A stretch of 44,043 nt of DNA from Macrostomum lignano. Taxonomy: Eukaryota. The DNA lies in assembly GCA_002269645.1 (NCBI GenBank), contig NIVC01004499.1, positions 1-44,043 of the forward strand, written 5' to 3'. The position numbers were made by a program, and so were the translations under genes. Every line of letters begins with the position of its first letter. The first letter of the stretch is position 1. Positions 11,851-25,000 of this stretch are shown here, in pieces. The notes beneath the pieces were generated by a model. That model had not been told where the DNA came from. It searched no databases and saw only the letters and a list, made by a program, of their open reading frames with translations.

Positions 11851-14386
11851 ATGCAACTCCAAAGATTCGCGCTCGCGCCCCTAAAGGCCTTGCAATGGAC
11901 CAGTGGCTTCGCTGTCATCGGCAACAGAGGCAGCAGGCGCCTGTGCTCAATAGGAACCATTCTAGGCATTGAGACTAGCTGCGATGACACAGGCGTTGCC
12001 ATGGTAACCACAGACGGTCGGATACTGGCCGAGACTGTCTATGGCCAGACTACTACCCACCTAGCAACTGGAGGCATTGTTCCAGCCACGGCTGCGCAGC
12101 TCCACGCTGCCAATATTAACCCCGCTATTAGCCAGGTGTTACACGAAACTGGCGTTGCCATGGAAACGGTCGACGCGGTCGCCGTTACCAATTGTCCAGG
12201 TATGGCGCCCTGTCTGAAAGTCGGCTTGGTGCACGCTAAGCGCCTGGCTCGGCGGTTTAATAAGCCGCTGATACCTGTGCATCACATGCGAGCTCACGCG
12301 CTCACCGCTTGCCTCACTGATGGGGTGCAGCTGCCCTTCCTAGCCTTGTTGCTAAGCGGCGGCCACTCCCTGCTAGCGGTTGCTAGGGAAGTTGACGATT
12401 TCTACCTGGTTGGCAGAGGTTTGGACCAATCGCCAGGTGACACATTGGACAAGTGCGCTCGGTGAGTTTGGAACTGTGAGAATCGCCCTCAATGTAGCCA
12501 TGAGAATCGCCCTCAACTGTAGTCACGAGAATCGCCCTCGTAGCCATGAGAATCGCCCTCGCTGTAGCCATGAGAATCGCCCTCGCTGTAGCCATGAGAA
12601 TCGCCCTCGCTGTAGCCATGAGAATCGCCATCACTGTAGGCATGAGAAGCACCGTCTCGCTGTAGCTGAGCTGAGAATCGCCCTCTAGCCATGTCGTCGC
12701 CCCAGCTAGCTGAGAATCAGAGTGTCTAAACAGTTCTGAGAGTTGCCCTCACCTGCCATCGCCATTCCCTTCTCGCAGCTACCTGCGTCTCAGTGAGCTG
12801 CCCGGTCTCGGCGATCTGCCCGGAGGTCGCGCCGTCGAGATCGTAGCCTCCCAAGGCGGCGACTCCCGCGCTTGGCCGCTGTCCGGCAGCAGCACCCGGT
12901 TTAACAAGTCCGACTGCAACTTCAGCTTCTCCGGATTGCAGTCTGCGTTTCGACAGCTGGCAAACAGGGTGCTTCTTGGCGACCCCATGCAGCTCTCTGA
13001 GCCGTTGCAGCATAACCATTTGGTAAGTCTCTGTTGTGCTCTGTTCCTGCAATGCCTTATCGACATTGACACTCATTTCAGCTCCATCAAAACTCAATGC
13101 AGTCCCATCGACACTCATTCCAGCTCCATCGACACTCATTCCAGCTCCATCGACACTCATTCCAGCCCCATCGACACTCATTCCAGCCCCATCGACACTC
13201 ATTCCAGTCTCATCGACGCTCATTCCAGCCCCATCGACACTCATTGCAGTCTCATCGACACTCATTCCAGCCCCATCGACACTCATTACAGCCCCATCGA
13301 CACTCATTCCAGTCTCATCGACACTCATTGCAGCCCATTGCATCGATACTCATTCCAGCCCCATCGACACTCATTACAGCCCCATCGACACTCATTCCAG
13401 TCTCATCGACACTCATTACAGCCCCATCGACACTCATTACAGCCCCATCGACGCTCATTCCAGCCCCATCGACACTCATTGCAGTCTCATCGACACTCAT
13501 TCCAGCCCCATCGACACTCATTGCAGTCTCATCGACACTCATTCCAGCCCCATCGACACTCATTCCAGTCTCATCGACACTCATTCCAGTCTCATCGACA
13601 CTCATTGCAGCCCCATCGATACTCATTCCAGCCCCATCGACACTCATTACAGCCCCATCGACACTCATTCCAGTCTCATCGACACTCATTCCAGTCCCAT
13701 CGACACTCATTACAGCCCCATCGACACTCATTCCAGCCCCATCGACACTCATTGCAGTCTCATCGACACTCATTCCAGCCCCATCGACACTCATTGCAGT
13801 CTCATCGACACTCATTCCAGCCCCATCGACACTCATTGGAGTCCTATTAACACTCATTGCAGCTTGTCTAATTACTCGTAATTCGAGTTACTAATTAGCT
13901 AATTCTCTAAGTACGCTCGTACTTCTGTTTCAGGTTCGCCAGCACTACCCTCACCTCTGCGCCAGTCTTCAATACGCCCTGTGTCGAATGGTTGCCACCC
14001 GAACAGCTCGAGCCGTGAAATTCGCTCGCCGCACCGAGCTGCTCCCAGAATCCTTCCCTATCGTTGTCTCTGGCGGAGTGGCCGCCAACTCCGCCGTTCG
14101 TAGTTCGCTTCAAAGCCTCGCCAAGTTTTACGACTTGCCGTCGGCGGTTTTTCCGCCGGCGAGACTCTGCACCGACAATGGCGTCATGATTGCCTGGGCT
14201 GGTGCGCAGCTCTGGCGCCGCCGGCTTCACTGCGTGATGCCAAGGGATTTTGCTAGCGTCGATTTGGAGGCTCGCTGCCCTATTGGGGAAGATTTAACTG
14301 GCCTGGTGGCCAACTGGCACATCCCGGTTGACAGGTTTAGCATTCTGACTGATCATCCAGTAGCTGAGTCTGGGACTGCTCAATAA
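11851..14386 (+). CDS. OSGEPL1: Mitochondrial tRNA N6-adenosine threonylcarbamoyltransferase (Kae1/Qri7/TsaD family); exons 11851-12461, 12779-13022, 13934-14386
   Basis: ILGIETSCDDT, VHHMRAHAL metal-binding motif, LLLSGGHS, CNFSFSGL, VVSGGVAAN, LCTDNGVMIAWAG; Arg-rich presequence-like N-terminus; canonical GT-AG junctions with consistent phases (2, 0); no frameshifts. Confidence 0.96.
12478..12718. repeat. 24-bp minisatellite (GAGAATCGCCCTCGCTGTAGCCAT) in OSGEPL1 intron 1
   Basis: Direct. Confidence 0.95.
13060..13862. repeat. 21-bp minisatellite (ATCGACACTCATTCCAGCCCC) in OSGEPL1 intron 2
   Basis: Direct. Confidence 0.97.
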
Positions 14387-14444
14387 ATGAGTTCTTGTTG
14401 CACAGCGGTGTGCATCTATCTCAGGTTTTGAGATTCTCAGTTTT

Positions 14445-14895
14445 GAGCCAGCCTCTCAGATCCTCAGTTGCTGAGCCAGCCTCCCAGATCCTCAGTTGCT
14501 GGGCCAGCCTCCCAGATCCTCAGTTGCTGGGCCAGCCTCCCAGATCCTCAGTTGCTGGGCCAGCCTCCCAGATCCTCAGTTGCTGGGCCAGCCTCCCAGA
14601 TCCTCAGTTGCTGGGCCAGCCTCCCAGATCCTCAGTTGCTGGGCCAGCCTCCTAGATCCTCAGTTGCTGGGCCAGCCTCCCAGATCCTCAGTTGCTGGGC
14701 CAGCCTCCCAGATCTTCAGTTGCTGGGCCAGCCTCCCAGATCCTCAGTTGCTGGGCTAGCCTCCCAGATCCTCAGTTGCTGGGCCAGCCTCCCAGATCCT
14801 CAGTTGCTGTGCCAGCCTCCCAGATCCTCAGTTGCTGTGCCAGCCTCCCAGATCATTCAGTTGCTGTGCCAGCCTCTCAGATCCTCAGTTCTAGG
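14445..14895. repeat. 28-bp minisatellite (AGATCCTCAGTTGCTGGGCCAGCCTCCC) just after the OSGEPL1 stop
   Basis: Direct. Confidence 0.97.
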
Positions 14896-16088
14896 CTAGC
14901 CTCCTGGGCCACTGCCATCCGCTTTGATCCTCAGGCTGGCATGGCAGTTTAAGTTTCCAGCCTAATTTTTCAGCATTATGAGTGTCATTTTCATGGCTAT
15001 ACGCTCGTACGAGCGTATACATGTACTTTAAATGTAGCTAAATTTCTTAAAATGAAAATCATGTACATGTAGAATCAGTTGTAGACATGCCTGTTACATA
15101 CATGTATTTCCATCAGCTTAATAAGTGGCTGCATTTGCCGAGCTGGTTAATTTTGTATTGAAGATATTCTTCGTCACGCATATATAAATCATACAATACG
15201 TGTATACGCGCTTCTCTATTTTTAAAATATATGTAAAAATAAATGAGAAAATATTTTTCTTAACAACCACAACCATTATTATTCTATTCAACTTCATCTC
15301 GTATTAACCATATCGCTCCTTTAAATTTTATTCCCTCCCAACTAGCTGTATGCGAATATGTTAGTTTCTAACGAAAATCCCAATGAACTGCTCCTAACAT
15401 GTTTGTTCCTGTACGTGTACGTGCACATATACATGTATCTGGCATGATCTGTCTGTACGATTTGCAATGCAATAATCTGAATAGATTCAAATGTTAAACG
15501 AAAGCGTGCCTCACATTTATTACAGTGGAAAATGCAATCTTTAATCATTTGATTAATTATGAAATCTCAAATACAGAAACGTGTTTCTGCTTTCAGCAGT
15601 GCATTGCTAGCGTTAAAATTATTACCATTAGTTTTAGTTTAAAAGGCTTAGTAATTTATTTTATTACATTGCCTGTATTAAAAAAATCTACTATACGCCT
15701 AGGCTAAATAGAACAGACAGTTTATAATTTTTGTTAGTATTCTTCGAACATTTTTAAATTATTAGTATTAGTCACAATTTCCACGAACCCGTTCAACCTG
15801 TCGTCGAAAAAATCCATTTTTTTGCTTTACAGAGAAGCTAGTCCTATACGAGTTTATAGTTGGCAATTTGCAATTGTATTAAAAATAATATTTGTCCATT
15901 TTGAAGTTCTTTTTAATTTTAGTTGTTTCATTTCTTGGCTTTAAACATTCATAGGCCTAATATACTATATTAAAGACTTGCAGACTAAGTCTAGTCTAAA
16001 CATAATAAGTTCGAGTAGACTTTAATATACAGACAATTGCTGCATTCGAGGAGTAGTATTGGAATAAAAAGTAATTTTTTTTATAAAA

Positions 16089-19000
16089 ATGACCTCGATA
16101 CCGCGTTTTAATGTATCATCGCGCTACACAAGAACCAAAGAAGGTAAGAATAAGCTGCTTCAGCAGCTTCGACTTAATCCTTGGGCCTTGACCTTGAATC
16201 ATAATAATGAAAATGGCCTCCTTGTAATTCAAGCTTAAGATAAGACTGTAAAGTAGAAGTTTATATAGGCTGATTTTGATGTTTAGGAATTTTGATGATG
16301 CTTATTAAATTATAAAACTTTTTATTTAGTCTAAATCTATCTAGCACTAGGTCTAACATTAACTTGATACTAATATAGGCCAGTTCCTGGACACTTCGTC
16401 ATCTTACTACTTTGTCATCCACTCATATTTCTAGACACTTCGTCATCTTACCACTTCGTCATCTACGATACTATTGTGGACACATCGTCATCTACTCCCT
16501 GGACACTTCGTCATCCATTTTGTCTGAAAAACTTATTGAATAGCTATATATAAATTCGTCAGCTAAGTTGTATTGAGTAGTCATAAATATAGGTGGCTAC
16601 ACTGAGGATTAACTAACTGATAATTAATGTGGATTAACTACGACAGGGAAGAGCTGGAGATTGGAGAAGAGAAGAGATCGCAATCAGTACAAAATTGAAT
16701 TCTACTCGCGGTTTGAATACCATACAAAATCTTGGAATCATACAGCAAAACAAAAATAATAATAAATTGTAAATTTGCATACTTGAATAGCAAAATTAAA
16801 TACAACTTAAAAAATAAATAATAATAAATATTAAAAAATATACTATTCATAAACATAATTAAATCTACATCGTTACAACTCCTACACAACTCCACATGGT
16901 TGTGGAAGTGAAGCTATAATAAAATTACAATCAACACTTGTACACATACAGCGTGCATTTAGATGCCAATTATGGCGAGAAGTTGAGTCCCTAAATGTGT
17001 ATTTAATCTTATATTTTATATACTATTGATTGAGAAACAATTTGCATGTATAAAAAATTGAATAACAATTTTATAGCTTTGCAAAATCTTGGGAATGGGA
17101 TGACAGTGTTCTCAAAAATTGGTCACTTTGTCATCTAGATTTCTAACATTTTTTTTGTATGACAAAGTGTCCAAAAATCATGGTCACTTCGTCATCTGGA
17201 TGACAAACTAGTAAGATGACAAAGTGTCTAAGAACCATATAGGCCTACCTTTCCTGCTCAATTTAAACAAATCTGCAATATAATTTAGACAACTCAAAAT
17301 TCATTTTTGATAAGTCCTGGAGCAAAGCTCACATTCAATTTTGATAATTGTGATTCAATTTAATCATATTTCATTATTTGGCTTAAGCCCTTCTAGACAT
17401 TTGCTTCCTATCACCTTTGTTTCTGACCTTAAGAGAAAGAATTAGAGATTAATATATACATTCTATAAGCTAGGCCTAGGCTGGCTTTATATCCTAAAAT
17501 ATGTTGTCTCTTTTTTTAACAACAATGTAATTGATTGGTAGACTATAGAAATAGGATATGATCATAAATGTGATCACAAAATTATAGTTTCATGACACTC
17601 ACTTTTTTACAACTGTAACTTATGGAATTTTAACCTGGGAGTGTGATTTTCTCATTGTTTTGAATTGAGATTTTTGTGGATTTAAATAAAGTATTCTGGT
17701 AGTAGGCCTATATCTAATAATAAAAGAATATGGTAAGTGCTTTTTGGTATTTAATTATTAGGCCTAGGTTATTTAAAATAAGATTAGGTTACAAAACTAG
17801 AATTACAATTCTTTTATGTGCCTTAAAAGAAGCTACAGCTCACAAGAATCTCAACTTAAGAAAGTGCCAAGAATCCAAGATATAAAATAGAATAATAATA
17901 AAGAGCTAATAATAATATACCAACATTCTAACTAAATATAGCTGTAGATTATCTAGACATAAATATCAATACATTTAATTCAAAATGAATCAAATTAATA
18001 CCAAAAATTCCACTCACTTTAGTGTTGCTTCTAATAAAATATTTTGAAAAATTTCATGCCTAAGAAGGTATTATAGCAAAAAATTCTAATGCTTATAAAC
18101 AAATAAAAACAAAAAATATGTATAAAATGGCACATATTGCATTAACAAAAGCCCAACAAAAAAATTTAGTGCCTAGTGGCACACAGCCAAAGCTGATCAA
18201 AAAGATTTAGCTCAGAACAGGTCACCTAAAATGTAAAATCTGCATATGCCCTGCATGAAATATGCTTTTAGACACATTTGAAAGGCATAATTGATTGATG
18301 TGACAATATGATAATTGTTTCTAAGTAAATTTCACAAATAATTAAAATTCTAAAAACATTTTACTGGTAAGTTTTAGCCAATATTTTTTGATAATTTTCA
18401 GTCTGAGCTAAAGTAAAACATGCAGTTTTAAAGTTCAAAATGCTTAAAAAGCAATTTAATCTGATTTTTACCTGATTTTTAGTACTACTATGCCCTGTGC
18501 TCTGCTATGCATATGCTTGTATGTCAATAAACTAATGTAGGAATTGGCGTACAAACTTGTATTTTCATACATGCATAGCACAAACTCCAAAATATGCCAA
18601 AATATATTTCCATGCACATGTGACACCTTAAGTGTATACAAATGATTTACCCCAAAATTTCCGTGTTTTTATGAAATAAAGGTTATGATTTTTAACAAAA
18701 GTGTACAAAGTTTACTATTGTTTTTTAATATATAAAACAGTATAGAAACAGAACAGCTATTTTTTGTTGTTTTGCTTTATTGGTAATTAATACTTAGCAA
18801 ATAACATTGGCAATAATTATCATGATCCAAACCAACAAAAATGATCTATGAAATTTGTACAATAATTGTATTTGTCTGACCTCTATATTATTAAGTGTTT
18901 GGAATGAGGTGCAATTTTGTACCAGATGCAAATCTGGCATTGGTAAACATAGATGCACAAACAAATTTATAACTATGTCATAAATTATTATACCCCTAAA

Positions 19001-21096
19001 AGCTATGAAAATTTTGCTCAAATTTCCTTTTTGTTAAAATACAGAAGACACTTTGGAAGTTTTGGGAACAAAACATACATGCGCAACCACCAAAATTTGG
19101 TCGGCCATGCAACTTAGTTTTAACAAAAATGCAACAGTTTTTGGCCAAAAATGCGGCTTACATATAAAAAAACCCTAAAGCAAAATTAACACAACTTTGG
19201 GTAAATGGCAAGAGTAACTTTGACTGTCTTATTAAGGCAAAATGCCTCATCATCTACAGTGTTGGGCAAGTTACTCAAAAAAGTAACTTGCGTTACTATA
19301 ATTTAAGTTACCAATTTTTAAAAAGTAACTTACGTTAGCCTAGTAACTTTAGACAAAAACCTGGTAACTTTTAAGTTACTGCCCATTACTCACTTCTGTT
19401 ATCCATGTTATTAACAAAATTTTCTGCTTTTTTCATATTGCACATTTTTTCACATTGTTGTTACCGAAATTTGCCATTGGGCATTGGGATTATCCGATTT
19501 ACAGACAGAGACAGGAATTGGCGACACGATGTGAGGCAAGTAGGCCTAGAAGGACCTATGGGCAATGGCAATCAATAATTAAAATTATAAATGATAAAAT
19601 AAACAAATATCAATAATTCAATAGAGTAAAATAAATAGAACTGTATAAAATGGTGTAGTGTACTGCAGTGCCAGTGGAGGCTATAGATGAATTTCTTTCT
19701 TTGGTTGTTTGTTTGAATCAAACTTGAAAATTTTTAGTAACAAAAATGAAAGGCGAAAATATTTTACCGAAATTAACAAAGTAAAACATGTTTCAACTAT
19801 TTCTTCATTAATTTAGCGCAATACCATATGATACTATTCACTTAATTTTGAATTTAGGAATGAAAAATGCAAAAACATGTGACAACCGGCGTACTAGCTA
19901 AGCATTTCAGTTTTAAATTTAAATATTGTGATTGTTGCAAAGTAACTGTAATGGACTTACAGTTGCTCTAGAATACGATATAATGGAATGGCTTTTTATC
20001 TACCTTAAGGTAGTTGCTGGCACAATAGACTTGCAAACTTAGGCACAAAAAGTAGCCTAACCTGTCACTCCAAACACTAGTATTGATATTGTGGATCACA
20101 AATGAAAGAGAAGAATTAGGGAATTAAAGACTAGAAGTTTGCATTTAAAAAATTTGGAGTCTTAGGGGTTGTGGGCTTGTGGCTCATAAATAAGTGCAAG
20201 AATTAAGGATGGGAAAACATATAACATGTCTTGAAGAAAGGCAGGGGTGCTTAAGCAGTCTTAAGCATATTTTGCTTAGATTGGGTATTGAGGCTTTAGA
20301 AGGCTTTAAGGCTTTAATAGAGAAGTCAATAGAGCACTAAGAATCAAGTTTATAGAGCATTGATTGGGGGGGTATTGATTCCTATAAACTTAAAGGGATA
20401 GGATTGGTATTCAGTCTAGGGTGCATTTAATTGGACAAAGAAATGCATGTCTATAGGTTGAAGGCTGCTAAAGGGGGCTAGATATTAAAACTATGTGCTT
20501 TCACTTTCAGCAGTGATTATGTAAAATTCATGGTACAATGAAAGATGAAAGTCAGTCCACATTTATAATCGTTTTGATAGTAATTTAATTAATATTTAAG
20601 AATAAATTCATTTACCATCAATTAGTGCTACTGAAAAGTGAATAATGAGTAGCAAAGTAGGCATATTGAAGGTGGGCGAAGTGAAAAAATTTAATACCTT
20701 GATAGTCTAGTAGATTGATGGCAAAGCTTGCTTAATAAAAAGCAAAAGCAAACAAAGTCTCCCCTTTAAGCAATGGCTTAACCTTAAATTTCCATTTGAT
20801 ACTTTTGTTTGGCCTACCAACAACTCAAAATTGACTGCTTGGCATCTTAGAGGCCTCCCTATAAACTACAGCATTTAAGCGCTTCGCCCATAAACTCATG
20901 AGGTTTATTTTACTTAGCTAAACTGTAAAAAAAAATTATTGTAGACCATTTCAGCTCTTTCGAAGTGCTTAAATGCACTCTGAATTATGTGCCATTATTG
21001 ATTAATAATTGTTTTACACCTTATCCCACTCCAGACTCAGATGACTCAAGAAATATTCGCGATATAAATCGGGCTGACAGTTCTCGAACTGCCGGG
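16089..21096 (+). CDS. Two predicted upstream coding exons of the septin: 16089-16143 (MTSIPRFNVSSRYTRTKE) and 21035-21096 (DSDDSRNIRDINRADSSRTAG), joining at 22142
   Basis: AAG|GTAAGA donor (phase 1); CCACTCCAG| acceptor and GGG|GTGAGC donor (phase 1 in, 0 out); pyrimidine-rich acceptor CATCTCAG|TCC at 22141 in frame with the septin; no stops across the join. Confidence 0.6.
16382..17236. mobile_element. Non-autonomous Mutator/MULE-like DNA transposon, 855 bp
   Basis: Exact 9-bp TSD ATATAGGCC (16373-16381 and 17237-17245); about 40-bp imperfect TIRs (GTTCCTGGACACTTCGTCATCTTACTACTTTGTCATCCA versus reverse complement of the right end); several subterminal CACTT(C/T)GTCATC copies at both ends. 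Superfamily inferred from TSD length. Confidence 0.85.
19257..19395 (+). mobile_element. Old hAT-like element end (CAGTGTTGGGCAAGTTACT with GTAACT/AGTTAC subterminal repeats)
   Basis: Terminal motif and clustered GTAAC repeats; a possible decayed right end near 20070 (CCAAACACTA) has no matching TSD. Confidence 0.45.
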
Positions 21097-21356
21097 GTGA
21101 GCTGCGTTTTGTTTCAATTTGCTTTTGTAAATTGCTCTCATTAGCGTTTTTAATGGGACCACAAGAGTAAAAATTGTAAATAGTCCTACAACTTTATTAG
21201 TTTTTGTTTTATTGCTAGTTAATTTCTGGACTGCATTTTAGGTTGAAACTATTGGTTAAATCCCTGTTCCTTGAGAACTACTTCAGTTCCATGCTTTAGT
21301 TGAGTTGCTAGCTGCCGAATAAGCTTATGTGTAATGTCGGGACCTGTCTGTTCTAG

Positions 21357-21422
21357 TGTCTGTCTGTCTGTCTGTCTTTAATCACTGTTTGTCTGTCTGT
21401 CTGTCTGCCTGTCTGTCTGTCC

Positions 21423-21462
<40 letters not shown>

Positions 21463-21518
21463 TTCTACCTGTCTGTCTGTCTGTCTGTCCGTCTGTCTTT
21501 CTGCCTGTCTGTCTGTCC

Positions 21519-21558
<40 letters not shown>

Positions 21559-21816
21559 TTCTACCTGTCTGTCTGTCTGTCTGTCCGTCTGTCTGTCTGT
21601 CTGTCTTTCTTCCTGTCTGTCTGTCTGTCTTTCTTATCTGTCTGTCTTTCTTCCTGTCTGTCTGTCTGTCTGTCTCTCTGTCTGCCTGTCTGTCCGTCTG
21701 TCTGTCTGTCTGTCTTTCTTCCTGTCTGTCTGTCTGTCTGTCTTTCTTATCTGTCTGTCTTTCTTCCTGTCTGTCTGTCTGTCTGTCTCTGTCTGTCTAT
21801 CTGCCTGCCTGCCTGC

Positions 21817-21850
<34 letters not shown>

Positions 21851-21855
21851 GTCTA
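21357..21855. repeat. Imperfect (CTGT)n microsatellite
   Basis: Direct; intronic if the upstream septin exons are real. Confidence 0.97.
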
Positions 21856-22072
21856 TAACTTACTCAGCTAGTTAACCATTGGTTGCCGCAACCAACTGCC
21901 TGGCCCAACGCTAGCCCAATAATACAGAGCTGCGGTGACAAATACAATTAAATTAAATTAGCAAATGGTCTTGAAACAAAAAATAATAAATTGCGTTGCC
22001 TTTTATTAGTTAGATTACACATTCTGCAGCTACCAGAAATACTCGCAGTTTTTTTCTGTTTCGTTTAAAAAA

Positions 22073-25000
22073 ATGGACTCTGGCACACCCGACGCTCCGC
22101 CTTCCCCCACCTTATCCTCATCCACCTCTTCATCATCTCAGTCCAATGGCGCAGCCGCCTCGGCCGACTCCACCGGCAGCGACAACAGCCGGGTACAGCT
22201 GGGCTTTGCCAACCTGCCCGACCAGATGCACCGCAAAGCGGTTAAGAAGGGCTTCAATTTCACCTTGATGGTGGTTGGCGAGAGCGGACTGGGCAAGAGC
22301 ACCCTTATTAACAGCCTGTTCCAGCAGGACCTGTACAAGGACCGCGAACTGGGCAGCGTCACCGAGCGGATTAACAAGACAACCGAGATTGAGAAGCGCT
22401 ACATTGAATTGGACGAGAAAGGCGTCAAACTTCGCCTGACTGTGGTTGACACGCCTGGGTTTAACGACTGCATCAACTGCCAGGAGTGCTGGAGACCGAT
22501 CGAGGACTATATTGATAACACCTTTGAGCAGTACTTTAAAGATGAGTGCGGTCTCAATAGGAAGAATATCATTGACCACCGGGTGCACTGCTGCTTGTAC
22601 TTTATTAGTCCGTATGGCCACGGACTGAGGCCCATTGATGTGGAGTTTATGCGAAGGCTGCATGGCAAGGTGAGTGAGTCTGTCTGCTGGCTGGTGTCTG
22701 CTGCCTACCACTGTTGCTCTAAAATCATGTATAGTCATCTATGTCTTCCCCTTTTAACTTCCCTGCTTTCTTCTCCTCTCATCTCCCTTCATCTTTCTCT
22801 CTATCCTCTCCTCTCTCCTTTTCCTCTCCTCTCTCCCTTTCCTCTCCTCTCTCCCTTTCCTCTCTCCTCCCTCTCCTCTCTCCTCTCCCTCTCCTTCTCC
22901 CTCTCCTCTCTCCTCTCCCTCTCCTCTCCCTCTCCTCTCCTCTCCTCTCTCCCTCTCCTCTCCCTCTTCTCTCCTCTCTCATCTCCTCTCCTCTCTCCAT
23001 CCACCCTCTACTCTCCCTCTCCTCTCTCCCTCTCCTCTCTCCTCTCCCTCTCCTCTCCACTCTCCTCTCCTCTCCTCTCTCCTCTCTCCTCTCCTCTCTC
23101 CTCTCCCTCTCCTTCTCCCTCTCCTCTCTCCTCTCCCTCTCCTCTCCCTCTCCTCTCCTCTCCTTCTCCCTCTCCTCTCCCTCTTCTCTCCTCTCTCCTC
23201 TCCTCTCCTCTCTCCATCCACCCTCTACTCTCCCTCTCCTCTCTCCCTCTCCTCTCTCCTCTCCCTCTCCTCTCCACTCTCCTCTCCTCTCCTCTCTCCT
23301 CTCTCCTCTCCTCTCTCCCTCCACCCTCCACTCTCCTCTCCCTCTCCTCTCTCCCTTCATCTTTCTCTCTCTCCTCTCCTCTCTCCCTTTCCTCTCCTCT
23401 CTCCCTTTCCTCTCCTCTCTCCCTTTCCTCTCTCCTTCTCCCTCTCCTCTCTCCTCTCCCTCTTCTCTCCTCTCTCCTCTCCTCTCCTCTCTCCCTCCAC
23501 CCTCTACTCTCCCTCTCCTCTCTCCTCTCCTCTCCTCTCTCCCTCCACTCTCCACTCTCCTCTCCTCTCCTCTCTCCTCTCTCCTCTCCTCTCTCCCTCC
23601 ACCCTCCACTCTCCTCTCCCTCTCCTCTCTCCCTTCATCTTTCTCTCTCTCCTCTCCTCTCTCCCTTTCCTCTCTCCTTCTCCCTCTCCTCTCTCCTCTC
23701 CCTCTTCTCTCTCCACTCTCCTCTCCTCTCTCCCTCCACCCTCCACTCTCCTCTCCCTCTCCTCTCTCCCCCTATTATCGTTTCTTCTTTCGTCTTCCTC
23801 TCTCCCCTCTTCTCTCCTCTCCCTCTCCTCTCCTCTCTCCCTCCACCCTCTATCTCTCCTCTCCCTCTCCTCTCTTCTCTCTCTTCCTCTTCTCTCCCCT
23901 CTCCCCCCTCTGTTTCCCCCTCTCTCTCCTCCCCTGTCTCTTTCCATTTCTCCCCCTCTCAATTTCTACTCCTCTCTATTGAAGAATGCGGTGAGTATAG
24001 CAAAAATACATAATTGATCGTTCGGCATGCACAACCAGGTAGACTGTTTGTCTGAAAAAGAAACTGACTGCCTGTTATTCAATTTAATTCGTGTTTTTTC
24101 ATCAAGTGCGCAAATCTGTGCACTTGAAATTTAAAGCCAATTGAAATTAGAACACTGTTTTTTTTCTTTAAAAAAATAATTCCAAGTACCTTTTACGGTC
24201 CTGACCGCCATTTTTTAAACATCTGAAATTTCAATGCAAACTGAATGCTTGCTTGTAGTGCGCAATTGTTCTACTTGAAATACCGATTTTTCAAAATATT
24301 TTGTTTTAACAATTACCTCTGTTCGTGCTAAGCGCTTGCTTATCTGTGCACTGAATTGAATCTGTCATCTTCTGTAATGGTTTTACTTTCTATTTTCTCA
24401 TATATTTCCCATCAGCGATCTTTTATTCCCATCTGGGATCTCGCATTCCCCTCTTAGGATATTGTATTCTCCACCTGGGATCTTGTATTCTCTACCTGGG
24501 ACCTTGTATTCCCCACATGGAATCTTATGTTCTACATCTGGAATCTTGTATTCCCCATCTGGGATCTTGTATTCCCCACCTGGGATCTTGTATTCCCTAC
24601 CTGGGATCTTGTATTCCCCACCTGGGATCTTGTATTCCCCACCTGGGATCTTGTATTCCCTACCTGGGATCTTGTATTCCCTACCTGGGATCTTGTATTC
24701 CCCACCTGGGATCTTGTATTCCCCACCTGGAATCTAATGTTCTACATCTGGAATCTTGTATTCCCTACCTGGGATCTTGTATTCCCCACCTGGGATCTTG
24801 TATTCCCCACATGGAATCTAATGTTCTACATCTGGAATCTTGTATTCCCCATCTGGAATCTTGTATTCCCCACGTGGGATCTTGTATTCCCTACCTGGGA
24901 TCTTGTATTCCCCACCTGGGATCTTGTATTCCCCATCTGGAATCTTGTATTCCCCATCTGGGATCTTGTATTCCCCTCATGGGATCTTGTATTCCCCACA

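Noticed and set aside
16638-16895. Transposase ORF inside the MULE-like element
   Set aside because: Short, AT-rich, low-complexity translation with no DDE motif recognised.
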